A stretch of DNA of 59,393 nt, counting the filler, from Sphacelaria rigidula (taxonomy: Eukaryota), in assembly GCA_964200075.2 (NCBI GenBank). It is 9 parts of 9 records of this genome, joined end to end, with 100 filler letters (N's around TTAATTAATTAA, not from the genome) between each part and the next. Parts side by side here need not be neighbours in the genome. Positions count along the whole stretch, not along the records: positions 33,054 to 39,563 come from CAXNAA020019637.1; positions 39,664 to 46,173 come from CAXNAA020019638.1; positions 46,274 to 52,783 come from CAXNAA020019639.1; 6 more parts are not named here. One strand, written 5' to 3'. Of the stretch, positions 35,267 through 47,201 are shown in pieces (position 1 is the first letter of the stretch; each line of letters begins with the position of its first letter). Both the position numbers and the translations under genes were made by a program. Under the pieces are notes generated by a model. It was given only the letters and a program-made list of their open reading frames with translations. It had not been told where the DNA came from and did no database searches.

Positions 35267-37936
35267 TTACGTTCGCCGTAAAAGATTGTTGCGTGTTTTG
35301 ATCACCTCTCCGCCCACAGCCTCCGCGGAAAAGTAAGGATGCGAACACCAACTCGGATCGTACAACATCTCCATTGGCAACTGCAATGACCCCTTCACGA
35401 GCACATTCACCTCCTTAAGCACCTCCAGTGGTTCAGGCGTCAGAATATACAAAACTCGCCGCTCAACATCAACAGACCGCACTATCCCAAGCCCGACACA
35501 CGGGCTCAGCGGCGTCTCCGGTAAGCACACTAGACCTGGCTCGACTGCATTCAACCCATATCTTGCTGCCTCGCTTTCCCCACCAGGATGTGCAATAAGC
35601 CCCACAAGCGTACCGTTAATCGCATACAACGCAAGGCTCGGTGGTACAGGTCCGTTCATGACCCGAATCCGAACCGTTCCCCATGGCACCCGCCGCGGTT
35701 TCCGTCGGGACAGGAGCGCGGCAACCTCGTGCCGCTGGTCGTACAACGCACCTCCACGTACAGTCGCCCCTCCCGGCCAAAATGAACTCGCCGAAGCGCG
35801 AATAAGTGACTCTCCCTTCTCGTATCCCGGGAAAATGTCTCCTCGTAAATGGTTTTCACCAGCTTCAGTGTCCATTTCGGCCCTGTCTCTAGCTACTCCG
35901 TGCCCGTCACTGTCACACCCAACAAAATAAGACACCAGGCGCAGCGTGCGCGAGTCCCGCGCGGAGGGGCGAGCAGGGGCAGGCGGGTATCCGGGAATAT
36001 TCGCCGGCGTCGAATATGCTTCGATCGGGTGTACCTGGCAGTTCTGGGGCAATCGATCGAGGTCAAACTGTCTCGCGGCGGACGTACCCAGTATCTGGAC
36101 AATGTGTAGAGGGCGAACAGCATCAATGATTGCGCCTAGCAAATCCTCCCCCATCCCCTTGACCCACCCGTCCGTGTTTACCACCAATGGCGGTGGCGAG
36201 GTATCGCTCGCGAGAGATCCCGCGTCTTCTGTTGCCATCGCCGTAGCGTGCTTCGATAGCCCACGCACGGCCGCGGAATAGAGCAATGGTTCAGGCTTCG
36301 AAGTTGTCGTGCCGATATAGTACGCCAAGTCGGGTCTGCGGATGTGAGTGTGCGGGGGCCCCAGCACCGGGCCATCTAGCGTGTGGAGGGAGACCAAACC
36401 AGGCGGAGTGAACTCAGGTTGTCCGACGTCGCAATCAAGAAAGGCTACTTTGGCGTGCCTGTCGAGCATTCGGTTAGTGAGAAAGCGGCAGAAGGAGCTT
36501 TTGCCGACTCCCTTGGCGCCGCATACCAGCACGGACGTATTGCCTCCCGCGGGAGCCGCAGGTGGTGCTTTCATGATGGCACTCACCGCGTCCGCCCAGT
36601 CCTGCGGGACGACAAACGGGTGCAACCCGCTCGACGGACTCACAACAACCTGCATCCCTGGTAATCGAAGTTCCTCAGCGAGCTTCATATTAGGCGCTGA
36701 GGCAGTATCACGTGGTTTATCGGAAGCGATATCCGATGCGTACAGCAAGTCGCCATCCCCCTGTGCCGAGAGGAAGTTCAAGGGACCGTCGGCGAGCGGT
36801 CGTAGCGCAATAACCACGGCAAATTCCTGGGCGAGCTCGTCTATCGCTTCTTCTACCTTACCTTCCGAATCATCCTCTTCTCCCTCAGAGGCCCCGTGCA
36901 CCCCCCCCGTTGTTGCCATTCCAGCGACTCTCCCACCGCCGCTTGTCAAGAACGAAGACTGCCGCATATCCAACCGCTCCTCGGCATGCAGCGCTCGGAT
37001 CACCTGAAGGCTTGTCCAGCGAGGAGAATGCACTTCGAGATACGGCCCCCATGGAACTGGCAGTAGCGTGAATCCCGTGATATCCGCTCGGCCTTGACCG
37101 CACCGTATACGCGCGGAGCCTACAAAGCACAGCTGCTCGCCGGCGTCGAGGCCAACAACGAGCGCGGTGGCCTCTGCGGCGGAGTTGCCGAAGCGCCGCA
37201 CCTTGCCAGGCGTCGGCGTGAACACCGTACACGGTCGTGGTGGCCAAGGCCCCTCCTGAGGTATGTAGTATTCATCTCTAGCATGCTCTCTCCGGTCACT
37301 AGCACCAGTATTTCCGCTGTCACGAGCCCAGGAGTTTCCGCCTGGGTTGTCACTAATGCCTCCTCCGTCGTTACGCCTGCTGTTTTTCGTGTCTTTGGCA
37401 CGGCCGCGGCCACTTGCCTTCGTCCCAGCTTTCCGTGTATTTGGACGCATTTTGAACCGGTTACTTGCGCCACCCATTGGCGAGGATGATGCATCATATC
37501 TGTCGGCGTTGTCTCCACCGCTGTCCCCTTGTCCTGCATCGCTGCGTCGATCAACGCGGACATCACTCCCGCCTGGCGACGCGGCTGGCTCCTTGGGCAA
37601 AGCCCAAGGGATTCCGCCGACCATGTTGTCATCGCTACTGTCACTATCCTTATCTCTGGCAACATGGGGTTGAAGCAAACGGACACCATCTTCATCATCA
37701 CTAGCGAATCCTGTAGCCTGCCCTTGCAATACGTCGCCACCGTGCTCGGCTACCGCTTGCGATTGCAGTGTAGGTGATGCGGCTGTTGGTGTTGTCTGCT
37801 CACAGCCTCCGGCGCTTGGCGTTGATAGTTGACCTGTTTCGCTGGTTGTCTTCACAGGCTCACCCTTACCAGTCGATGTTGGATTACCTTTGTCAATCCG
37901 CGGTGTCGACACGGGTCGCTTTCGCTTCCTCGCCAT
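35267..37936 (-). CDS. NOL9: Polynucleotide 5'-hydroxyl kinase NOL9/Grc3 (Clp1 family), 889 aa, single exon
   Basis: Walker A GAKGVGKSS, LDCDVGQPEFTPPG, GPPHTH, PLVVNTDGWVKGMG, C-terminal CVGLGIVRSVD...LYILTP; first ATG at 37936 (MARKRKR, NLS-like); uninterrupted ORF. Confidence 0.95.
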   Translation of the reverse strand: MARKRKRPVSTPRIDKGNPTSTGKGEPVKTTSETGQLSTPSAGGCEQTTPTAASPTLQSQAVAEHGGDVLQGQATGFASDDEDGVRLLQPHVARDKDSDSSDDNMVGGIPWALPKEPAASPGGSDVRVDRRSDAGQGDSGGDNADRYDASSSPMGGASNRFKMRPNTRKAGTKASGRGRAKDTKNSRRNDGGGISDNPGGNSWARDSGNTGASDRREHARDEYYIPQEGPWPPRPCTVFTPTPGKVRRFGNSAAEATALVVGLDAGEQLCFVGSARIRCGQGRADITGFTLLPVPWGPYLEVHSPRWTSLQVIRALHAEERLDMRQSSFLTSGGGRVAGMATTGGVHGASEGEEDDSEGKVEEAIDELAQEFAVVIALRPLADGPLNFLSAQGDGDLLYASDIASDKPRDTASAPNMKLAEELRLPGMQVVVSPSSGLHPFVVPQDWADAVSAIMKAPPAAPAGGNTSVLVCGAKGVGKSSFCRFLTNRMLDRHAKVAFLDCDVGQPEFTPPGLVSLHTLDGPVLGPPHTHIRRPDLAYYIGTTTSKPEPLLYSAAVRGLSKHATAMATEDAGSLASDTSPPPLVVNTDGWVKGMGEDLLGAIIDAVRPLHIVQILGTSAARQFDLDRLPQNCQVHPIEAYSTPANIPGYPPAPARPSARDSRTLRLVSYFVGCDSDGHGVARDRAEMDTEAGENHLRGDIFPGYEKGESLIRASASSFWPGGATVRGGALYDQRHEVAALLSRRKPRRVPWGTVRIRVMNGPVPPSLALYAINGTLVGLIAHPGGESEAARYGLNAVEPGLVCLPETPLSPCVGLGIVRSVDVERRVLYILTPEPLEVLKEVNVLVKGSLQLPMEMLYDPSWCSHPYFSAEAVGGEVIKTRNNLLRRT

Positions 37937-38359
37937 TGTGGCAACCACAACAGGGACCGAACACAGCACGCCCTAGGCCCGCCGCAGATTAGCGAACAGG
38001 GATCATATCATAGGCTCTATGCAGTGTTCAGACCCGCGGTCAACATATCAAATAGGCATGATCAGAAGAACATAGAACACACACCACGATACTAGGGAAT
38101 AATTGAACTCTACACAAGCAGAGTATATGTCAGGAAGGGGCGGTGAAGAAAAAACCCTGCCATAAAGCAACCAAGAAATAGCAACCCTCCGGTTGAGATG
38201 TTCGTGGAAAATAACATTTTTGTGTCAAGTTTGGAAAATAACTAGGTAACTGTTGCCTCGAGACTGTCGTAGGTACACACAGTTGCCTCGCGCAGCACAC
38301 GCGATAGGAAGCCGTGCTGGCCGGCTGGGCGAGGACGACTTTGTCACAAAGTTGCATTC

Positions 38360-38420
38360 ATGGCTATGCGAGGAGTTCGAGTTGGCGTGGGTCAGCAGAC
38401 CCGTGACACCTTCAAAAAGG
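38360..38420 (+). CDS. Candidate first exon of a divergently transcribed gene (MAMRGVRVGVGQQTRDTFKK)
   Basis: ATG, 20 open codons, then AGG|GTAAGC donor about 420 bp upstream of the NOL9 start; no homology recognised. Confidence 0.25.
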
Positions 38421-39229
38421 GTAAGCGAGAATTGCACAATTCAGTTGTATCGGGTGCCACGATATCGGATGATTTCAGCTGTTTCAGGTATTCACGAACA
38501 GGTTCCTTGTCATGTTGATACACCAGTCCGCTGCCCGCAGCATCATCGTCTGGACTACTGCTGTATGGGCTGGCTATTGTTCCACACTGTGATATTGTTG
38601 GTGTGCTCGCGTTTTATTTATTTGGGTTCAAGACTGTTCCTGTTGTCCCTGCTCTTTTGCGGGCAACAAACAACGCCGGCGGTCATGTACGAGCGAGCAG
38701 GGCATTACAAAGGAAGTACTCGATAGTCGCACCCATGATGTTTGCTCTCGCCTTCTCACACCCTGGAAATCAGCGTGTCGTTCGTGTCATCATCTCACAC
38801 TGGCCCACTACTTGACTCTTTCCATACTCTTTTTTTTGTTTGTGTTGGTGTGGCCCTGTAGTCTCATTGACCGTGAGAGTCTCTTTGTCGTTGTCTGTTG
38901 GTGTGTAACTGCTGGCCATGTGGGCCGCATTTCACATTTCGAGGAACGGTCGGCGAAGGCACAAATGTACCCCGTGCGGGCACAGTTGATGCCAACCTAG
39001 GACCGTGCATGCGATTCCGATACTAACCCGGTGCACGACGGTGTCTCGTTACATTTATCGGTATGTTGATATCCCTGGATACAATTACCCGCCGATGCAA
39101 AGTCTGCTCGTAAGATATTGAACAGAAGACTCTCCTTAACCCTTAGACGACGAGCGTCGCCTCGAAACAGTTGTACAGGCTAACAGTTCCGAGATCCGGG
39201 GGTTTCCAGAGCTCTGGGGAGGTGGTTTT

Positions 39230-39425
39230 TGAGGGAGGGGGAAGTGTCTCCGCGGAGCATCGGAGAAGCTCACGGAGACAACCATGTGTGTTTGGAAGTT
39301 TCCCGCGGAAAATTATGAGCCGTGCACGAGGCCCGAGTGGCGCCGGATGACCATTCTGACCAATAACGGTCGTCAAAATGATCACTGTTATTACGGTAGA
39401 GGTAGACACCTGGTAGACACATTCG
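39230..39425 (-). repeat. Dispersed repeat shared with 26025-26255
   Basis: Reverse-complement similarity to 26025-26255. Confidence 0.7.
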
Positions 39426-39563
39426 CTGTGTACCCTCATGACTCATTTTGAGCACGCCAAATCCACCATAGATTTTATAACCAAAAAGTAGGTGTTTGAG
39501 CATCTTCGGTACACTGTGTCTGTCTGTTCAGTACTGCCTGAGCGTCATACTAGCTCCACACCT

Positions 39564-39663
39564 NNNNNNNNNNNNNNNNNNNNNNNNNNNNNNNNNNNNN
39601 NNNNNNNTTAATTAATTAANNNNNNNNNNNNNNNNNNNNNNNNNNNNNNNNNNNNNNNNNNNN
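39564..39663. other. Artificial contig spacer
   Basis: Same 100-bp linker. Confidence 0.98.
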
Positions 39664-39671
39664 AAAAAAAA

Positions 39672-39780
39672 ACGTCGGCACCAGAGTTTTTTTTTTTATG
39701 AGTTGAAGGCATTTTAATGAAACCTGAAAACTGATTATTGCCCATAACTCATAAAAAAAAAAACCTTCTGGTGCCGATGT
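39672..39780. repeat. Short inverted repeat
   Basis: ACGTCGGCACCAGA.T-tract.ATGAGTT vs AACTCAT.A-tract..TCTGGTGCCGATGT. Confidence 0.75.
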
Positions 39781-41462
39781 AATATTCTTCTTCATGCCCT
39801 ATTTATTGCCCATACTAAATTTCAGGGTCCAACTCCAAATATTGGCGGGAGCATGGGCCTTCAAAAAATGGGATCGGTAGAAATTCGGAACAGTATTTCG
39901 CAGGCCACTCACCGGCCCGTGTTTGGTTTTCGTGTATTGAAATTTTGTGTGGACGCTCTCTGAGGCACAATTGACAAAGTGGATCAAGTTGAACTTTTTC
40001 AATCTTTTTCACAAGTTCAGGGCGTTCTACTATGGTAAAGATCATTTCTTGACGAGAACGCCCTAACCTCTATGAAAAAAAAAATGACGGCCCATTTTGT
40101 TTTTATTCGGCACTCTTTTATGGTTCTCCACACCAAAATTCGTCGCCATCCGCAAATGCATCGATCGGGAGTTTCATAGAGATTTTAGTATTGGCGCTAT
40201 CTCCGCTAGGTATAGAAATACTAGACATGGGTTTTAATCAACGAGAAAAAGTTGTCCCAGATTTTTGAGCAGATGGGCACCTTCCCCTTGATTAGACGAT
40301 TAATACGATACGCGGATCACGGCCCAACCCGTCTGTGTCGACGAGATATTGCTTCTAGAGCTTAAATCCGTTTTTAGGCTGGCCCAGCTCGTAGATCGCA
40401 AGCGCGCTGCACTATGCTTCGACAGCCCACCCCTGAACCGATTCACCCTACTGCTACGACGGAAGCGGCCATACAAGGCGTGATAGCTGGTTCCGACTGG
40501 ATGAAGCGCCTCTCATGTGCGCTCGTGGCGAAATAACCCCAAGCGTGGGACAAACCCTCGTTGTGTGTGTGTGCAGCTTTTTCTCGGCATCCGTTTTATC
40601 CAACTGACTGTATTTCCCCCGGGCAGCCCCCAGGGGAGCTTAGTATCATCACGTCTGACAATAAGTGGAAGGACTGCTCGACGCGTGGCTTCTCTTTACT
40701 GTGTATTCTTGGTCACAACCACAGGGGGTGTGTTGCTACGAGCAAGTACGTGTGTCATAATGCTGTATTCTGGTGATGGTGTATCTCAGCCGACGGCTGA
40801 ATCATGCTGCGTTTCAAAGATCGCTGGCGTCTTTCGCCGTGTTAGGTCGCTTCGCTGACTGCGGTCGTCGCCGGCGGCAGCAGTATAAAGTCTCTCTCAG
40901 ATACTAAACAAGACGCGCTTGAAGACTCATGAGTAGTCCAAAGAATTTTGTTTTCAGCATGTTTGTTTTCGATCAGCTATGCACCTAGATATACCCACCA
41001 GTCCACGAGCCGTAGACTTTACAGGAGGTGCGGTAGCTCACGCTCGTGCTAGCGCAGCAGGCGAGTACCTCGCTGTTACATTTTCCCTGCCCTTCACCCG
41101 AAAATATGCATGTACGCAAACTGTCAGCACCGTACTTGCGTCAGCGGCAGTTGCACGACGGGGACATCACCCTCTTACGTGTTCTGTAGCGCTTAGAGGC
41201 TGCACCTTGACGATGGTTTGTTCAAAATATCTATATCTACGTGTTGTTCCTCGCTGTCGACGTGCTCTATGGTTATTTCTGTTCTCTAAGCCAAACCTCC
41301 AATGAAGTGGTGTCTCACACCAGTGTGCTTGCTATTGGACGAACTAAGAAGATTTTCTGCTAACGCAATTGCCCCTTGATTACCTTCAACTATTCTAAGC
41401 ATTTTCGTTTTTTCCCTTGGTAGTATAAATGAAAGTAGACTTTCGACGAACTGTGCCTCCTT

Positions 41463-41720
41463 GGGGCAATGCTACGGTAGGGGTGCACTTTCTGCGTAAT
41501 ATCTTTTCTGGTTTAGGGGCTTCGAACGACTCTAGATGCCCAAGAAAATGGGCCAGGTCATCCCCGTTCGCAAATTCATCCACGATATCCCTAGCACATT
41601 AGGAAAATATTCCCGGCGTGCTCTCACATATTTCATGAGTCGTGTTCTGGACGAGATAAAGGGCTCCTAACAATTCTAACTTCAGAAAATATTCGTGCAG
41701 CCCTACCGTAGCGTCAGTCC
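41463..41720. mobile_element. ~260-bp MITE
   Basis: TIR GCTACGGTAGGGGTGCAC / GTGCAGCCCTACCGTAGC. Confidence 0.6.
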
Positions 41721-41802
41721 TTAACCCCGTCACCCATGGCTACGTACCCTGCTTGTGTTGTTGATAGTCTTCATACTTGTGTGTCCTGGAAAACCACATA
41801 AC

Positions 41803-43010
41803 AGGTGCCCCTCCCTCCAAACATGACTGCAGCTCCTGACACAGAACCTCTATCTCTTTCGTTAGGTGCATAGTCTGCATCTACACATACATCAATAGCC
41901 CCATCTTCTAACTCTCCCTGATCTCGATGGAACGTTAGTCCAAGATTGGGTGTCCCGCGCAGGTGGTCGAGGATTCTGTACGCTGGTTTTCAGAGTGTAG
42001 TTATTGGCCCATCTGAAAATCCCGCCACCGTGCGATATAGACTTGTCTGAAATCAGAACAAGGTCAAAGTGCTGCTCCAGAGGCTTCCTCCCTGTTACGG
42101 GCTCCAGAGACTTCAAGACTCGCGCAGTTATACAAACAGCAGTCTTCGTTAACCCGAAGTGACCCTTCTTTGCTCCCCTCGCAAACACAATATGCTACGG
42201 ATTTAATAATCATCCTCTAACTCATTATCACAAGATCCAAACTGATATCAATATGCTACCGTACTCCTCATGCTAGAGGTGCTACTGCACTTTCTCTACA
42301 GCACCCCCAAGCTACGTTCTACTCAACGGTAGAAGACGAGCTTGATCATCAGTAGACACCGACAATAAAGCTCGGATGTCAACAAAGAACAATCATGCAA
42401 AGGACCAAGCGGTATACTCAACGAACACCAATCGCATGATACAACCCATTCACGAATACTCAGACAACCAGTCACAGCTTGATACCATACTTGGCCTTCA
42501 GACGCTCCCGTACCGCCTTATTCAATTTCAACTTCCGCAACTCAGATCGTACAAACTGCGGCGCTCCTCTCCAAATGACATCCAACGGCTGCCATGAACT
42601 TTTGTTCTCGTCGAAACCTACCCATTCCACACGTACATCGTAGCCATCTCCTTCGTGAGCCTCAGATATCCCCACGATGGTCTCCATCTCAAGCTCTCCT
42701 TGAGCATATGCATGCTTGGAAGACATACTTCAGATCCGCGGTGACCTCCAGTTCGTTGTCCGCATAGTACCAAACCAAGTACGTGCGACATGCGCGTCCT
42801 TCACCTCGCCGTTCACGATATTCTGAATCTCGTAGACATGTTTTTGCTTCGCTGCAACTTCAAGACCCTGTCCACGTACTTACGAGTTTCGGCGTTGTTC
42901 CTGAGCGCCTAACCCTCGCAGCCGACACATGAACACCCACCATGAAATTTGGCAACGGTCCCTTACTAGCAACACGTCGTTGCAGTTCACGAGTCTTCTC
43001 AACTGCAGAC
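41803..43010 (-). mobile_element. 3' end of a chromodomain-bearing Ty3/gypsy element (integrase C-terminus, chromodomain, 3'UTR, PPT)
   Basis: Frameshifted PLPNFMVG...TPKLVSTWTG...HVYEIQNIVNGEVKDAHVAR, then chromodomain YDVRVEWVGFDENKSSWQPLDVIW (42472-42726); GGAGGGAGGGGCACC|TGTTAT PPT/LTR-like junction at 41818-41803. Confidence 0.8.
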
Positions 43011-43274
43011 CTAGCCACAATTGTTACGTAAGGTCAGGGATATTGTAGGTGGAGTTGCGGGTCTGATTGCTGGACTCTGTGATGGTGACCTCCATGACGA
43101 GTAGAGCCCGTTTTGCCACTCTGGTGGAGAGAGGCTATGGTCCTGTTCTCCTATACTATGCTGAGGGTTAATACATAGATAATGAAAGCTGCTGAAGTCC
43201 ATATGCCCGTGATGGGAGGAGTCCACATGGCAATCTGATCTTGAGTGACAGAAGTCTAAAAGGAACGTTCATTG

Positions 43275-43379
43275 AGTCCGCTGACTAGTGGTAAGTCCGC
43301 TGACTAGTGGTAAGTCCGCTGACTAGTGGTAAGTCCGCTGACTAGTGGTAAGTCCGCTGACTAGTGGTAGGTCCGCTGA
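43275..43379 (+). repeat. 19-bp perfect tandem repeat, about 5.5 copies
   Basis: AGTCCGCTGACTAGTGGTA x5 plus a partial copy, no spacers. Confidence 0.97.
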
Positions 43380-43839
43380 AAGCAGCTGAAAGTTCAAGAT
43401 AGGGAAGGCTGCAGGCCTGATCAGTCTGCAGCAAACAAGACCAGCTCAAGGCGTGTCAACGTCGCGAAGAGTTGGAGAAGTAGAGCCGAGGAGATTGTGA
43501 GGCAGTGCTAAGGCGGGCTGTGGTATCGCTCGTGCGTGAGGTGCGGGCGGTCGATCGACAGCTGGCGAGCCCAAGATCGTTCCAGAAAAAGCGGTGAAAT
43601 TACTGCCCAGTGGAGCCAGCGAGAGTTGCTTGTTCCACGCTTGGCCAGGTACGGCCAGGAAGAGGAGTCTAAGGACTTCAAACACGCGGTGAGACCTGCG
43701 TGAGGAAGAGGCGCTGTGGCCACTGTCATTGTAAGGTTGTACAGCGCGTCTCGGTGTAAGGAGAGAGTTGTTGTTCCTGTGAGAGGGAGGCGACTTCGTT
43801 TTTCAGAAAGGCGTGTGGAGTGCTGTACTGCTGACCGAA

Positions 43840-45399
43840 ATGTACGAGGTGCAGGAGTATGTCACGGTGGACGGCCATGTTGTTCGTGCGCCGCAACAAT
43901 ATGTTATCATCGATGGTCGCGCTGTTCGTGTACCATTTCTAGATATGCCCTGCTACGGCTGCAATTTCTCAAGTGAAAAATCTGCTCAGTTTCTGCGGAA
44001 GTATGAGGGCTACCTTCGTGAGGTGCACGCAACGAACGAGCGTCAAGCACGCTGGCACGTTGTTGAGGAGCCAGCGGTCTCTGACCTCATGCCCGCACAT
44101 ATCGAGAACTGTCTGGGTGACACATTTTTGGGTGGTGCGAATGATGTTGGGCAAGAGAAATTGCTCTTTGCGCTGCGCAGCATGCATCTTATGCATCGCC
44201 GAGTGTGGTGCAAGATAGTGTGAAGGTCGGCGGTGGTGGAGACAGGCACGGCATTTCGACGGGCAAGAAGGCGACAGACACAACATAGGCCTGTCCGAGT
44301 GCGCAGGCACAAGAGTGCTAGAGGCGTTGCCGCTATTGCCGTCAAGGAGCAAGCCGGACAGAAGGTGGCGGCTGTAGCGAGCATGGGTGATACTGCTGCT
44401 GCTGTTGGCGATTTTGGAAGGGCGGGGCCTACATGGGCCAATGAGCAAGTACTGGTGGGCGGAGGTCCCAGTTGCTTTTTGTCGCCGGACAAGCGAAAAG
44501 CTGGAGATACTCCTTGCATGCTCGAAGCTGCAGGGGGGTGTTATTCGCGTATGGCGAGCGAGCAGGGTGAGCAAGGAGCTTGCCGTGATCATGGTGAATC
44601 TATCTCCGCCAGTGATATGGCGGGGGATCGTTCAGATGATTCGCAGGGGTGTCTGCTTGAAGGACAGGTGGATGCCGGGGTGGCGGAATTGCCGCCGGAC
44701 CAGCGCGTAGCTGGAGACACTCCTTGCATGCTGCAAGCTGCAGGGGGGTGTTATTCGCGTATGGCGAGCGAGCAGGGTGAGCAAGGAGCTTGCCGTGCTC
44801 ATGGTGAATCTATCTGCGCCAATGATATGGCGGGAGATCGTTCAGATGATTCGCAGGGGTGTCTGCTTGAAGGACAGGTGGATGCCGGGTTGGTGGAATT
44901 GCCGCCGGACCAGCGCGTAGATGTGGACACGCCTTGTATGATCGAAACAACAGGGACGTGTGACCCGCGTGGAGCGGGTACACAGAGCGAGCTGTAAGCT
45001 CGTGATGCTATTAGCGATCACTATTCTGACGGCGACGACGAGCGTCGCGTGGTGTTGGGGTGGTCGTGTGCACTGCTGTATGCATGGACAGGTTTGGCGT
45101 ATTTGGCGGCATTGATCGCTGTACCTTTGCTGCTGTACGGTCAGGTGCTGGAGGAGGATGGCGTGATGCTACCGGGAGGTATTGCTGTACGGGACTGTAT
45201 GGATGTTCCCGTTTTGCCTCTTATTTCCTCTGTGAAAGCGACTGAACAACGAGCGTTGGTGAATGCGCAAGCATCTGTTGGGGCGGAGGATCTGTTGCAT
45301 TGGTTTGGCGGTGCGAATACACCTTTTAGAGGCGTGTTGAGCTACACGATGGGGGTGCCAGTTGTAGCTAGACTGAAGGTGCAAGGAGGGAGTGTCTGA
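43840..45399 (+). pseudogene. Long reading frame with gag-like N-terminus, 70-aa repeats and a hydrophobic segment; two in-frame stops
   Basis: ORFs 43813-44223, 44233-44997 and 45049-45399 share one frame; FLRKYEGYLREV..TN resembles gag N-termini of stramenopile gypsy elements (inference); ends in AAGGAGGGAG|TGT. Confidence 0.45.
44500..44950 (+). repeat. 210-bp (70-codon) tandem duplication
   Basis: GCTGGAGA(T/C)ACTCCTTGCATG at 44500 and 44710, partial third copy at 44920. Confidence 0.95.
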
Positions 45400-46173
45400 G
45401 AGGAAAGGCTGCTCTACGCTGTGCACGGGTTGGTTCCAGTACTGCTGTTTCTCAGGAGCGGGCTGGACGACTACAAAGAAGGTATTACGTGAGGTGTTCG
45501 CTGTTGTGGTGAGCGCCGAGTTGAGTGATGATGTTGAGGAGCAAGTGCTGTGGCGATTGAGTGCTTGTTGTTCGCCGTATGTGAGCAGGTATGACGCGAG
45601 TGCTTCCGGTGGTTGGAGATAAAGACATAATGTGCGCATGCATCAATGATCTTTGACCGTGGCACGCTTTTGTATGGATTGTCACGTGTTTGAACGAGCA
45701 CGTGGTGGGTTTTTCGTTCATGTCAGAAGGAGCATGTGGATGATGCGTTCATTTGTTCGAAGAACTGGTACAGGTGGACAGTGTTGAGGAAATAATTATT
45801 TCTACATTTTGGCTGATGCACGGATGAAATATGACGGTCCAAGATCCAAACGAAATATAGAAATGTCTGGGCTTTGCTCGAAAACAAGAGCTCGAAAACG
45901 AGATCACTACGGGCGATGAGTGATGGCGGAGGTCGAGATCCGTTCGCCGTCGTTGAATTTGAGTGCACGACTTCAATAGCGGTTTGAGTCATGGCTTTCC
46001 TTTGATTGTCTCAATGAAAAGATGGCAAGCTGAAGCATTGAAGCTTTGACGGCGGCGAGGCATGCGATGCATACGTTGTTTAAGGCGTTGCAGAAGCAAG
46101 AGGCCAGGTGCGTTTTCGACGTGTTGGGTGCATATTTCCTTCTAGCGTGAGGATGATGTATCATTTGGCTGTT

Positions 46174-46273
46174 NNNNNNNNNNNNNNNNNNNNNNNNNNN
46201 NNNNNNNNNNNNNNNNNTTAATTAATTAANNNNNNNNNNNNNNNNNNNNNNNNNNNNNNNNNNNNNNNNNNNN
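46174..46273. other. Artificial contig spacer
   Basis: Same 100-bp linker. Confidence 0.98.
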
Positions 46274-46277
46274 TTCT

Positions 46278-47201
46278 ATGACGGATTTTGGCGACGCCAC
46301 TAAAATCTTGGGGATCGACATCATCCAGGACAAGCAGCTAGGCACCATCAGCATCAGCCAAGGGCCCTACGTAATGTCGCTACTGCAAAAGTGCGGCATG
46401 TCCGACTGCAACGCAGTACACACACCTGGAATCGGCAACGAGCTGACCGCGGAGCCCGAAGGCAGCGTACCGCTCGACAAGGATGACACTGTCGACTACC
46501 GGAGCATCGTGGGGTCCCTCATCTTCCTGTGCCAGTGTACCCGCGTAGACATCTGCTTCGCAGTGTCACAGGCGGCACGGTTCATGAGCAAGCCAACCTC
46601 AGTACACATGGGAGCCGTGAAACGCATTCTGCGATACCTGCGCGGCACCCCTGACATTCGCATCACCTACAGCCGGAACAGCAGCTTCGAGCTCACTGGG
46701 TTCTGTGACGCCTCTTACGGCACGGGTAACCCGGAGAAGGCTAGGTCTACATCGGGGAGCATCTACTTCCTTACTGGGGGTGCCATACACTTCTCGGCTA
46801 GCGTTCAGAAAATCTCAGCCCAATCTACCACCGAAGCGGGGCTGATTGCCATGAGCTCTTGCGCAAAACAAGGCATTTACCTGTGTGGCGTCCTCGGAGA
46901 GCTCGGATGGAGGACCTTTCGCAGCGCCCGCATATTTTGCGACAACAAGGGCGCCCTGCTACTCGCGGGACAAGGCTCGTACAGCTGCAGGAGCAAATAC
47001 CTCGCGATCAGATTCGCCGGCCTTCGCGATTGGATCACCGACGACAAGATTGTCATCGACCACGTCTCCACGAAGGATCAGCTCAGCGACATCCTCACCA
47101 AGTCTCTGGCTAGACCCCTCTTCACGGAGATGCTTGTGGCCATCCTCAGGGGATCGGACCTCCAGCAGGGCAAGCTACCACGTCACCACTTTTCAACTTG
47201 A
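46278..47201 (+). mobile_element. pol: Ty1/copia pol fragment (RT C-terminus + RNase H), open frame
   Basis: YRSIVGSLIFL..TRVDICFAVS, VKRILRYLRGT, GFCDASYG, RSTSG, AQSTTEA, IFCDNKGA, QLSDILTK; 5'-truncated by the contig edge. Confidence 0.95.

Noticed and set aside
35588..38095. Multiple plus-strand and alternate-frame ORFs overlapping NOL9
   Set aside because: Shadow ORFs of a GC-rich coding region
43275..43379. CRISPR-like direct repeats
   Set aside because: Head-to-tail units with no spacers, no cas genes, eukaryotic context
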